From a virus: DNA of 64,000 bases. The notes beneath the pieces were generated by a model. The model had not been told where the DNA came from. It saw nothing but the letters and a program-made list of their open reading frames with translations, and ran no database searches. The position numbers were made by a program, and so were the translations under genes. Location: the IMG/VR virus record IMGVR_UViG_3300027779_003464, positions 32,001 to 96,000 of that record; one strand, given 5' to 3'. Below, one piece after another: positions 38,799 to 48,800 of this stretch (position 1 is its first letter; each line of letters opens with the position of its first letter).

Positions 38799-40208
38799 AT
38801 GGACTTAAGTAAAGAAAAAAACATAAAAAAATTAGGACTTCAACAAGGGGCAATAAAAATTCTTATTAACTCAATATATGGAGCATTTGGAAATAAGTGG
38901 TTTTATTTCTATGATCCAGATATTGCACAGTCAATTACTCTTCAGGGACAAGATATGATTAAATTTGCAAATCAAGCAATTGACTTCTATTTTAAGAATA
39001 GGTGGCATATTGATTCTGAATTACATGAAAAATTAGGAATATCTGACAAAACAATAATTCCAATAGAAAAAGATGAAAATATTGCTGTATATACAGATAC
39101 AGATTCTACATATGTAAACTTTGGCCCGGCAATAAGATCAATTCAAGGATTAGATTTAACCGAAGACGAGAGCGTAAAGCTAGTTATTGCAATCGATGAT
39201 AATAGAATTAGTGAATTCTATGATAAGGCATTCATAAAATGGTCAGAACGATTTAATACAACAAATAGACAAACATTTAAGCTAGAGAATATATCAACCG
39301 AAGGAATATGGATTAAGAAAAAAAATTATAGCTTACGTGTAGTTTACGAACCTAACCCAAAACAAGAATTATTTCAGTTAAAAGAGCGGTATCTTCTCAT
39401 TAAAGGATTAGAGCCGATTAAATCATCTTATCCAATTTGGGCAAGAGAACATCAAAAGAAATTTCTAGATTACATTATGAAAAATGGTAAAGAGTTTGAC
39501 TTAGAGGAAGATCTTATTCCAATGATAAAGAAAGTTAATGATGAATTCAATACCTTAGATCCGGATGATATAGCTATGAATTTTAATATACGCCAATATG
39601 ATAAGTATGTGGAAAGCGAAGAAGACTGTTTATTTAAAAAAGGAGCAACTACTTACCCAAAAGCGGTAATCCATCATAATCACCTAGTTATTAAAAATCA
39701 ATTAGAAGGAAAATATCCTAAACTTAGACAAGGTAACAAAATTAAATTTTTATACTGTGAACCCGGTCCTCAAGAAATAGATGTATTTGCATATAATCCT
39801 GGCAACTATCCTGAGGAATTTGCGCCAGATATTGATACTAGGCAGCAGTTCTTCATATTAATAGTTGAGCCAATTAATAGAATTTTAGGAGCAATTGGAC
39901 TAAATAAATTAGATGAAAATCTAAAGAGAGCAGTTGAGTTTAAAACAACTAAAAGTAAAAAACCTCTTACTGATGCACAAAAATATCCGTTTCATGTAAT
40001 TAATAGCGAAACTTTGGAACACGAAGAAGTAGATGAAAAATTCTGGAGCTTAATTGAAAATAAAGATTCAGACATACCGGAAGACATGTTTGATGAATAT
40101 CTTCAAACTATAACAAGATATGGATTAAATACAGTTATTCTAATAAACAAGAATTTAACTCCTTATAAAAAAAGAATATCTAAAAAGCTAGAACTTGATG
40201 TTTCATAA
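38799..40208 (+). CDS. gp43: Family B DNA polymerase, C-terminal subunit only (split gp43)
   Basis: Motif B KILINSIYGAFG at residue ~20, motif C YTDTDS, KKKNY, IKGLE; no exonuclease or motif A. Confidence 0.9.
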   Translation: MDLSKEKNIKKLGLQQGAIKILINSIYGAFGNKWFYFYDPDIAQSITLQGQDMIKFANQAIDFYFKNRWHIDSELHEKLGISDKTIIPIEKDENIAVYTDTDSTYVNFGPAIRSIQGLDLTEDESVKLVIAIDDNRISEFYDKAFIKWSERFNTTNRQTFKLENISTEGIWIKKKNYSLRVVYEPNPKQELFQLKERYLLIKGLEPIKSSYPIWAREHQKKFLDYIMKNGKEFDLEEDLIPMIKKVNDEFNTLDPDDIAMNFNIRQYDKYVESEEDCLFKKGATTYPKAVIHHNHLVIKNQLEGKYPKLRQGNKIKFLYCEPGPQEIDVFAYNPGNYPEEFAPDIDTRQQFFILIVEPINRILGAIGLNKLDENLKRAVEFKTTKSKKPLTDAQKYPFHVINSETLEHEEVDEKFWSLIENKDSDIPEDMFDEYLQTITRYGLNTVILINKNLTPYKKRISKKLELDVS

Positions 40209-41331
40209 AGAAAATTATAAAATACAAGATTTTGTAGAAGATTTATTAAAGCAAAGGTTTCCTCGGATTACATTGAAGCAGTCAATAAATGATGAAGATC
40301 CTACTAAATTAAATTTTGCATGCCCATACTGTGGGGATTCGGAAAAAGATAGCTCTAAGAAAAGAGGGAATCTATACTTAAATACTAATTCGTATAAATG
40401 CTTTAATGATGGATGTTTAACGTGGGTTCCGCTCCATAAGTTTGTTTCTAAATTCTCGCTAGAATATTCTTTATATATTCCTAATATAGATATGACTTCT
40501 AAAATTCCGTCTATTGACTTAGGCAATAATAGAGGATCTATAATAGAGGCAATAGTTAATCCTAAAGTAAGAAATAGCTTGCTTGATTTTGCGTATGTGT
40601 CTGATAGGTTTTCCTTAATACCATGTAAAGATGCGAATCCTAATAGCAAAATAGGAGAGTATGTAAATAGCAGAAACCTTACTGGCCTTCCAGCGTTTGA
40701 TAAGTCCTGTTATTATGACAGTAGAGAAAATAAAATATACATATTTAACCTTGATCTTATATCCGGTAAAGTTCTAGGATTAGCCATAAGAAAAATAGAC
40801 GAGGACGCGTATGGACCGAAATATAATATAAAAAATTATACCGACCTTAAAAAAAATAATATAGTATCTGAAATAGATGAAGATATTTTAAATAAAATAA
40901 ATGCGATTAATAACTATTTTAATATTCTAAATATTAATTTTAATGCTCCAGTAATAGTAACTGAAGGACAAATAGATTCTATGTTTTTAGATAACTCTAT
41001 TGCTACAACCGGGGTATCTAAAAGTAAAACAATATTAGGGGCAGTTATTTCTAAAAAGAATGCTAGAATATTATTTGACAACGATAAAGCAGGTAAGCAA
41101 GAGTCTTTGAAATTTATAAATCAAGGATATAGAGTATTCATGTGGTCTAAGCTAATATCTGAGCTGAAAATTAAATATCCTAATAATATTAAAGATATAA
41201 ACAATATAAAGGATGTAAACGATTTATATTCTTTTTATAAAAAGATAAATTATGATATTAGATTTTTAGAGTTCAATGAAATGATATCTAATAATTTTAC
41301 TGAATCAATGTACGATTTACTACACATATAG
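40198..41331 (+). CDS. gp61: DNA primase (gp61-like)
   Basis: NFACPYCGDS...KKRGNLY...CFNDGC zinc finger; TOPRIM VTEGQIDSMFL, FDND, KDVND. Confidence 0.9.
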   Translation: MFHKENYKIQDFVEDLLKQRFPRITLKQSINDEDPTKLNFACPYCGDSEKDSSKKRGNLYLNTNSYKCFNDGCLTWVPLHKFVSKFSLEYSLYIPNIDMTSKIPSIDLGNNRGSIIEAIVNPKVRNSLLDFAYVSDRFSLIPCKDANPNSKIGEYVNSRNLTGLPAFDKSCYYDSRENKIYIFNLDLISGKVLGLAIRKIDEDAYGPKYNIKNYTDLKKNNIVSEIDEDILNKINAINNYFNILNINFNAPVIVTEGQIDSMFLDNSIATTGVSKSKTILGAVISKKNARILFDNDKAGKQESLKFINQGYRVFMWSKLISELKIKYPNNIKDINNIKDVNDLYSFYKKINYDIRFLEFNEMISNNFTESMYDLLHI

Positions 41332-41334
41332 TCA

Positions 41335-41349
41335 AATAAATAATAAAAA
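41335..41349 (+). promoter_or_regulatory. Late promoter-like AATAAATAATAAAAA
   Basis: Recurring motif. Confidence 0.65.
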
Positions 41350-41360
41350 ATTCTAATACT

Positions 41361-41774
41361 ATGAATAACGGAAGAATTATAACAAACTTTAGTAATTTTA
41401 CTAATGAGGCCGATGGGTCTAACGTAGAAGTAGACACTAAAATCTTAGATGTTCTAATTGAACTAGTAGGATCAGAAAAAGATGTAGAGATATGTGCCAA
41501 ATCCGCATTTAAAGATCTTAGAGAATCCTTTGAAAAAAATGAAGTAGAAGTAGATGGCAAAGAGCCTGCTGATAAATTAGCAATGGCCTCTTTAATTGTT
41601 AAACTTGTTGAGAGTGGAAAGTTAGGACCTGAAGATGCCGATACTTTTATAGAAGAGCACTTGGCAGGATCTGAAGAAGAAGCAGGAGATGAGGAAGAAG
41701 AAGCAGGAGATGAGGAAGAAGAAGCAGAAGAAGCAGGAGATGAGGAAGAAGAAGAAGCATCTAATAAATCTTAA
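41361..41774 (+). CDS. Acidic protein with leader MNNGRIITNFSNFTNE; candidate prohead core/internal protein
   Basis: Leader; EEEAGD repeats; late promoter. Confidence 0.8.
   Translation: MNNGRIITNFSNFTNEADGSNVEVDTKILDVLIELVGSEKDVEICAKSAFKDLRESFEKNEVEVDGKEPADKLAMASLIVKLVESGKLGPEDADTFIEEHLAGSEEEAGDEEEEAGDEEEEAEEAGDEEEEEASNKS
41673..41759 (+). repeat. Coding tandem repeat (EEEAGDE units)
   Basis: Three copies of GAAGAAGCAGGAGATGAGGAA. Confidence 0.85.
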
Positions 41775-41794
41775 AAATAAAATACTTAATAAAA

Positions 41795-42076
41795 ATGGTA
41801 GAAGTTTTAACCTTTGAAAAATTTAATGAGAGTCATCAAGACACGAACTTCGATGAATTTATGGATAGTTTAAATGTTGATAGTAAAGAGTCTAGTTTAT
41901 TAGAAATTCCATCTGGTGTTGATTCTAATTCAGATACAAGAAGACAGCTTGAGGTTGATTTATCTAAAATACAAAAGAAATATGAATCCTCATTTCAACC
42001 AGATTCATATGCTTCAATTGACGAAATGTATTCGGCTCTAGACCGAATGTATGAAAAAGTGGAGATAAGGAGATAA
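41795..42076 (+). CDS. Small acidic protein with leader MVEVLTFEKFNES
   Basis: ORF track; leader. Confidence 0.75.
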   Translation: MVEVLTFEKFNESHQDTNFDEFMDSLNVDSKESSLLEIPSGVDSNSDTRRQLEVDLSKIQKKYESSFQPDSYASIDEMYSALDRMYEKVEIRR

Positions 42077-42095
42077 AAATAAATTTTATCTCGTA

Positions 42096-42122
42096 AAACC
42101 TTTTTCAATTTAATTATATAAA
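42096..42122 (+). promoter_or_regulatory. AAAC-N17-TATAAA promoter
   Basis: Recurring pattern; preceded by the hairpin GAGATAAAA-N5-TTTTATCTC (42070-42092). Confidence 0.55.
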
Positions 42123-42145
42123 AGACATATTAATACTAACTAATT

Positions 42146-42358
42146 ATGAAAAGACTCACTGTTCATTTAAGCAGCGTAAGAAAGAAATCAGAAGAAGTAG
42201 TTGTGGATGGCCAAAAGAAAATTAAGAGTAAGATATACAATACTCTATCATTCAGTGTTAAGGGCGAAGAGGATGCAAATCTAATAGTATCAAACATCAA
42301 TGACCATCAACAGCCAAGGAATAATGTAAAGTCTTGGCATATATCTAATATTAGATAA
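42146..42358 (+). CDS. Small hypothetical protein
   Basis: ORF with its own promoter motif. Confidence 0.7.
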   Translation: MKRLTVHLSSVRKKSEEVVVDGQKKIKSKIYNTLSFSVKGEEDANLIVSNINDHQQPRNNVKSWHISNIR

Positions 42359-42397
42359 TACATGTGTTATAATTTCTGTTCGAATAAATAATAATAT

Positions 42398-42901
42398 ATG
42401 GCGGACAAGAAAAAAAATATAAAAGACTTTCTTAAACCTAGAAAGGGAAGAATTAGACAGGGATATTTTAAACCTAAAAATCCTCAAAAATATAAAGGGG
42501 ATCCAACTAATGTAATATATAGATCAGGCTGGGAATTCAAATTCTTCAAATACTGTGATGAAAACGATATGGTTTTAGAATATGCTGCTGAGCCAGTTGG
42601 GATTCCATATTGGAACTCAGTTAATAAAAAACAATCTACATATTGGATAGATTGTTATATGAAAACAATAGATAAATCAGGAAATACGAAGGAGTGGCTA
42701 GTTGAAATTAAACCTAATAAGTATATACATCCACCTGAAGCTCCAAATAGGTTAACTGAGAAGCAAACTTATAGTTATGTTAGACATGCTAAAACATATA
42801 TAATTAACACCGAAAAGTTTAAAGCGGCTAAGGCATATGCTAAAGCACATAACATGAAGTTTGGTATAATAACTGAGAACTTTTTGTTCGGAAAGATGTA
42901 A
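42398..42901 (+). CDS. gp4: Head completion protein (gp4-like, TnsA-type endonuclease fold)
   Basis: QGYFKPKNPQKYKGDPTNVIYRSGWEFKFFKYCD, LVEIKP, KFGIITE. Confidence 0.9.
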   Translation: MADKKKNIKDFLKPRKGRIRQGYFKPKNPQKYKGDPTNVIYRSGWEFKFFKYCDENDMVLEYAAEPVGIPYWNSVNKKQSTYWIDCYMKTIDKSGNTKEWLVEIKPNKYIHPPEAPNRLTEKQTYSYVRHAKTYIINTEKFKAAKAYAKAHNMKFGIITENFLFGKM

Positions 42902-42911
42902 AATACAGTAT

Positions 42912-43559
42912 ATGATAAAGTTAGACGAAATATTAACTAATAATAGAGAAAGAAATTATTCTCAAATATTTGAAGAACACGGAGAAAAGGTAGTAAGGAA
43001 TGAATTATTACCAGGATACTATTATAGTATAGGTATACGATATGAGAACTTTAATGAGGATAGAATACCATCTTCTCTAGAGCAGTGGAAGGATAATCCA
43101 AGTTTTTACTTAACGACAGAAAAGCACTTAGATTTTAATCCAACAGGATTAGTGTTCAACCATGATGATTGGAAAAACAGTGTATTAATGCTCAACTTAA
43201 AAATTATTCCGCCTAAATATAGAGCTAAGCTTATAATAACTCATTTAAACCTAATAGAAAGTGACTTAGATAGAATAGATGCATTTTCAAAGGATGACAA
43301 GTTATCTTTTGTTGAAAGATCAAAGATTAATCTTTCAATGTATAAGATAACTCCAAAAATATTAGAACACCAAACAGGTATAAAGATAGGATACGCAATG
43401 AATAGATATAAAATAAACAAGATAAATAATGTTAGAGTACTGGACTGGAATAACATAGGAGAACTTCCCCTTGCTAATATAGAAACAAACGGTTTCAAAT
43501 TCGCATCAGGAGCTTATGATATATCTACAGTTTTTAATACTTTTGAAGCAAAACAATAA
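42912..43559 (+). CDS. Putative DNA end protector (gp2-like)
   Basis: PGYYY...D.NP.GLVF...LMLNLKIIPPKYR; next to gp4 as in T4-like phages. Confidence 0.55.
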   Translation: MIKLDEILTNNRERNYSQIFEEHGEKVVRNELLPGYYYSIGIRYENFNEDRIPSSLEQWKDNPSFYLTTEKHLDFNPTGLVFNHDDWKNSVLMLNLKIIPPKYRAKLIITHLNLIESDLDRIDAFSKDDKLSFVERSKINLSMYKITPKILEHQTGIKIGYAMNRYKINKINNVRVLDWNNIGELPLANIETNGFKFASGAYDISTVFNTFEAKQ

Positions 43560-43573
43560 AAAATTAAAATAAA

Positions 43574-45292
43574 ATGGCAGGATTCGGAGACAATATTCAA
43601 GGTAACAGCACAACAACGGCTCTTTCTAATCTAAGTAAATTTGGATCTAGATATGACGACTTACTTCTTAAAAATTCAAAAGCGATAGGGTTCGTTGAAG
43701 GACAACTCTCATCTAGATCAACCACTTTGAATAGTGGAAATGATCTTTTAAAGTTCTCAATGGCAATTGCGGATACCACATCTCAATTGAGAACGAAGGC
43801 AATCGCCTTCTTTCAGCTTGATTATGCAGTAAAGAGAGAAAGACTTAGAGATATTGCGTCTAACGGAGAAATCGAATTTGTCTTAGATACTATTGCAGAT
43901 GATATGATAGTATATGATGAAGAAAATAGGTGGTGTAGCCCAAATGATATAACAGGTAAAATACTATATAAAGGATCCAATAAAAAAGATAGACTTAATT
44001 ATCAAGAAAATATAGTAAATAAGTATACTAATAATTTTGAAAATATTTACAATACTTGGGGATTTGGCGAAGGAATTGCAGCTTGGCAATATGCTTTTCA
44101 ATTTTTAATTGAAGGTCATTTATCCTTTGAAATCATATATGATAATCCAGAAAAACCTATGAAGGTTATTGGATTTAAGGAGCTCGACCCTGCTTCAATT
44201 GCGCCTCAACTAACTAAAGACGCCAAGGGAAAATTATATCTACAGTGGATGCAATATGATAATGGAAGTGGAAATACACGTACATTAACAGATTCACAAG
44301 TAATATACATATCTTATGCTAATCACTTCAAAACAAAAAGAATTAGTTTTGTTGAAAGAATGATTAGATCATTTAATCTACTTAGAATAATAGAGCATAG
44401 TAAAGTTATATGGCACGTAATGAATGCTCCTATTAGATTACAAACAAGTGTTCCAACTGGATCTAAGAGCTTTCAAAAAGCACAGGAGGATGTTAAAGAA
44501 TTCTTAAATCTATTAAAAGAAGATGTATTCTTTAATGGAGATACTGGTGAGTTAACCGTTGATGGAAAACCAAATATGCTATTCTATAAAAACTACGTTA
44601 CTCCAATAAACGATCAACAGCAGCAGGTTAAAATAGAGCCACTATCTTATCCCGGACCTAATTTATCTAGCTCTGAGTTACTTGGATATTTTACTAAAAA
44701 ATTAAAAATGGATTCTAAAATTCCTTACTCTAGATGGGAAGGACAATCCGGTATGGGAGCATTTACTTTAAACGCGGAAGGAATAACTAGAGAAGAAGTT
44801 AGATATCAAAAATTTATAAAAAGATTAAGATCGGCTTATTCTGAACTAATGGTTAAGCCTTGGTTTTTACAAATGTGTTTGGATTTTCCAGCACTTAAAA
44901 ATGATTTTAAATTTAAAAATGCGATCGGTATAAACTACCACAATGATAACGTATTTGAAGAAATGAAAGAAAAAGAGTTAGAAGCTAAAAGAATAGCGTC
45001 ATTTACTGCTAAGAAAGGCATAATGAAAGATGATGGAACTCCATTCTTCTCAACTGATTATTTAATTAGAACTGAATTGAGGATGACCGAATCTGAAATA
45101 AATGCAAACGAAGAATGGTTTGAGATGAAAGAGCAAGCGATGGATACACCTCCTGGAGATATGGGAGCAGCAGCCGGAGGAGGAGACATGGGAGGAGGAG
45201 CAGGAGCAGCTGGAGCCGGAGGAGCAGAACCAGCAGCCGGAGGAGCAGAAACAATAGATGGCGGAGAAACTGGAGCCGACGGTTCATTATAA
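43574..45292 (+). CDS. gp20: Portal vertex protein (gp20-like)
   Basis: EIEFVLDTIADD, FLIEGHLSF, ELDP, ISFVER...FNLLRIIE, KIPYSR, ITREEVRYQKFIKRLR; Gly/Ala acidic tail. Confidence 0.9.
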   Translation: MAGFGDNIQGNSTTTALSNLSKFGSRYDDLLLKNSKAIGFVEGQLSSRSTTLNSGNDLLKFSMAIADTTSQLRTKAIAFFQLDYAVKRERLRDIASNGEIEFVLDTIADDMIVYDEENRWCSPNDITGKILYKGSNKKDRLNYQENIVNKYTNNFENIYNTWGFGEGIAAWQYAFQFLIEGHLSFEIIYDNPEKPMKVIGFKELDPASIAPQLTKDAKGKLYLQWMQYDNGSGNTRTLTDSQVIYISYANHFKTKRISFVERMIRSFNLLRIIEHSKVIWHVMNAPIRLQTSVPTGSKSFQKAQEDVKEFLNLLKEDVFFNGDTGELTVDGKPNMLFYKNYVTPINDQQQQVKIEPLSYPGPNLSSSELLGYFTKKLKMDSKIPYSRWEGQSGMGAFTLNAEGITREEVRYQKFIKRLRSAYSELMVKPWFLQMCLDFPALKNDFKFKNAIGINYHNDNVFEEMKEKELEAKRIASFTAKKGIMKDDGTPFFSTDYLIRTELRMTESEINANEEWFEMKEQAMDTPPGDMGAAAGGGDMGGGAGAAGAGGAEPAAGGAETIDGGETGADGSL

Positions 45293-45293
45293 T
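45267..45293 (+). promoter_or_regulatory. AAAC-N17-TATAAT promoter embedded in the portal 3' end
   Basis: Perfect pattern match. Confidence 0.55.
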
Positions 45294-45298
45294 ATAAA

Positions 45299-45670
45299 AT
45301 GGAAGTATCAATTATCATATCAATATTATTAATAGGAGTTGTTTGCTTTTGGGCTGGGCATAAGATCGGGTTGAATGCTCAAAGTAAAGCAGTAAAATCT
45401 GTCCTAGATTCTTGGAAAGCAAATTATACGTTTACCTCAATTAATCATAAGGATAACTTATCAAATCATATTATGAATTCTGAATATGATGAGTGGGACT
45501 CAACTTCAACCTTCTCTAAAGATAATTACTTTTATAGTATATGTAAAGATTCTAGAAAAACTATTGAAGATAAGATGAATAAGGCATTAGAGCTAGAGGA
45601 CTATGAAAAGGCTGCAAAGTACAGAGATATTTTAAAGAATATTAAAAAATCTGGCGGTTGTTCTAAGTAG
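45299..45670 (+). CDS. Membrane-anchored protein with a C-terminal UvrB/UvrC (UVR) coiled-coil motif
   Basis: N-terminal TM segment; KMNKALELEDYEKAAKYRDIL. Confidence 0.8.
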   Translation: MEVSIIISILLIGVVCFWAGHKIGLNAQSKAVKSVLDSWKANYTFTSINHKDNLSNHIMNSEYDEWDSTSTFSKDNYFYSICKDSRKTIEDKMNKALELEDYEKAAKYRDILKNIKKSGGCSK

Positions 45671-45696
45671 GCTTACTAAAAGTCCGTATAATTCTT

Positions 45697-45704
45697 TATA
45701 AATA
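45697..45704 (+). promoter_or_regulatory. Late promoter TATAAATA upstream of the structured leader and T9SS cargo gene
   Basis: Exact T4 late consensus. Confidence 0.6.
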
Positions 45705-45713
45705 AATATATAG

Positions 45714-45850
45714 TGGATAGTTAAACTATCCATAGGTGATAAGAAAGAAGCTGGAAGGGTAGAATGAAATTGTCACGTTCATTGTTTGTGCTGGAGAATA
45801 GAAGCCTTTTTTGGTTTCTCAATTAGATCCTAAATCTAAAAAAGCACAAA
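45714..45850 (+). other. Candidate structured 5' leader RNA (multi-stem)
   Basis: Stems TGGATAG/CTATCCA, AATGAA/TTCATT and TTTGTGCT/AGCACAAA, the last enclosing AGAAGCC/GGTTTCT and TTAGAT/ATCTAA. Confidence 0.45.
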
Positions 45851-45854
45851 AGAT

Positions 45855-48800
45855 ATGAAAAAACTATTCACATTAGTATTACTTATACAGTTATTATTAG
45901 TCAATAACTCAATTTCCCAATGCACACATACATTTACAGGATACGATTCTTATGGAGATGGGTGGAATGGAGCAAGTGTAACAGTTATGGTTAACGCTCA
46001 GCCAGTTGGGATGATTGCAATGGCTACTGGCGCACAAGAATCTCTTACATTTCAAGCAAACGATGGAGACTTAATTAAATTAGATTGGATTTCTGGAACA
46101 TATGATTATGAAATATCTTGGGATTGCCTAGATGGCGGAAATAATACTATTGCGATGGGAGTATATGGAACCGTTGGAGTCGGAACTGGAGCTTGTCCCG
46201 CACCTACGCCCTGTGCTACATTAGATTATGTTCAAGACTTTGAAAGTGGAACTACACTACTCGCTGCTACAACTGGCGCGGGGTCAAGTGTTACGATCGA
46301 TGGCACATCCGCTAATTCTAGTGTTTATGGATTACATATGCAAGGAAATACTTCGTCCGGTTGGGGATCATCTTATGCCACAGGATTAGCCGCATTTACA
46401 AATTCTACTAGCCACATTGCTTCTGTTAGCAGAGAGATATGTGCTCCTTTACAACCTACTGTTAAGATGACTTTTAATAAAATGCAGACATATACTTATA
46501 ATGTAAATTATTCATGGTTCAGAGTTACAGTTAACGGTACCCCTATACCAGATATAAATGGCAATACTTATTTTAATGGTTCTAGTAATATTTGGGAATC
46601 AATGGAATATAATTTATCAGCATATACAGGAGCAGCTTTTACTTTAGCTTTTGAAACATGTAACAAATATTATACAGGTTATACAACCACTGGAATGGGC
46701 GGGGACGCATCTTATATAGATGATATTCTTATTGCTCAGTCATCAAGCCTATCACCTCCGACTGCCCCTGGATCGATATCAGGAAATAGTTATCCAAACT
46801 CCGGAGAAGTTATAACATATAGTATATCACCAATACAAGGAGCAGATTATTATACATGGACTACTCCTATAGGATGGTCAATAACTTATGGCCAAACGAC
46901 AACATCCATTACTGTGGCTACAAATAATAACTCAGGAACATTATCAGTAACTGCAACTAATCAAGCCGGCACCTCTTCGGCTACGACATTAGCGGTGACA
47001 TCAGCAGTTTTAGTAACATCATATCCTTATGAAACAGCTTTCGAAAATGAAACAAATGATGTTACTACAGGCTCCGCTACAGGCTTTACCTTTACAGAAA
47101 ATGGTTGGAGAAACGTTAGTGGTGATGATGGGGATTGGAGAACAGATGCAGGTGGAACGGGAAGTACTAATTCCGGTCCTGGTGGTGGAGCATCAAGTGG
47201 TGTATCCGATCATTATCCAGGAACATCATCTGGTAAATATATTTATACGGAAGCGTCAACACCTAATTATCCCTCTAAAGAATTTCATTTATGGTCACCA
47301 CCCTTTAATTTAACTTCTCTAACGGCGCCGACATTGACATTTTGGTATAGTATGTATAGTGTAAGCGGTGCATCCCTAGCCTTACAATATTCTCTTGATA
47401 ACGGAGCTAATTGGGCAAATAATATTGCCTTCATGTGTACTACTACATTTCCAATCGCGGTTATTTATCAAGATATGGGAACTAATTGGAGACAAGGATT
47501 TGTCGATCTATCTGCGTTACAGTCCAATTCGAACATCATGTTTAGATTTATAGTTACTACAGGTACTAGTTGGGATGGCGATATTTGTTTAGATGATATC
47601 AAATTAGTAGATGCTGCTAACACATCAGTGGATGTAGGAGAAAATATTACATTAGGTTCTAGTGCATATGATGGTGCTTATGGATTAGTATTAAATGGAA
47701 CATCATCCCAAATAATTAATCCAGAAGGATATAGTATTTCAAATATAACAATTAATAATTCAGATGGAGTAACGGTAGATGGGAGCGATTTAAAGATAGA
47801 TGGTATTCTTACATTAACTGATGGAGTAATAACTACCGGATCTAATAAAGTAATAACTACTGCTGCTCCAACTGGATCTATATCAGGCGGTAGTGCAACA
47901 TCTTTCATAAATGGAACACTGAGAAGATATATTGCTACTAGTTCAGCAACTTATATATTCCCTATAGGTAATGGAACTGGAACTTCAAACTACCAAAGAG
48001 CTGATTTAATAAATGGAAACTTAGTTGGAATAAGCTATATAACCGCTTCAACTACTGATATGGCTGGAGGTAATATGACTCAATTAAGTCCAGGCCTTAC
48101 TCAAAATACTTCGGTATTAGCTGAGATCTTCGATAAGAGTTGGACATTAACTCCTAATGCACAACCGTCAGGCGGAACATATGGCGTGAATCTATATCTT
48201 AATGGAGTTGGTGGAGGAACAATAGCAGATGATAACTTTACAATTGTTAAACGACCAACTGGTTCTACAACATGGAATGATTGGGATTCATTTGAATCAA
48301 CCACAACTATACCGGTTGGGGGAGATCCGGGAAGAACTGTTGCTGGTGGATATATGCAAAAATCAGGATTTACATCATTTAGTGACTTTGGCGGCGGCGG
48401 ATCCGGCGGAGGACCCTTACCGATAGTTTTAATTAGTTGGGATGCTGAAATAGTTGGAGAATCTACTTCATTAACTTGGTCGGTAGCTTCACAGGTAAAC
48501 AATGATTTTTATTCAATACACAGAAGTTTAGATTGTGAACATTGGGAAGAGGTTGCTAAAATACCTGGAGCAGGTAATGCTAATTCATTAATGAACTATC
48601 ATATTTTCGATGAGAATCCTTATATAGGACAATCTTATTACAGATTAATGCAAACCGATTATGATGGTAAAACTGAGAAATTTAGTTTATTGGGAGTATT
48701 TTACGACAAACCAATTATACTAAGTATCAATCCAAATCCAGTTGAAGAGGTATTAACATTATACTTATCTGAAACGCTAAAAGGAGTAACTCACGTTACT

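Noticed and set aside
42398-42901. TnsA-like endonuclease as evidence of a Tn7-like transposon
   Set aside because: Motifs and position next to the gp2-like and portal genes match T4 gp4 head completion protein.
45058-45318. Pro/Ala-rich and Leu-rich antisense ORFs in a GC-rich patch
   Set aside because: Shadow of the Gly/Ala-rich portal tail.
47029-48502. Alternative-frame ORFs within the T9SS cargo gene
   Set aside because: By-products of Gly/Thr/Ser-rich codon usage; no independent signals.
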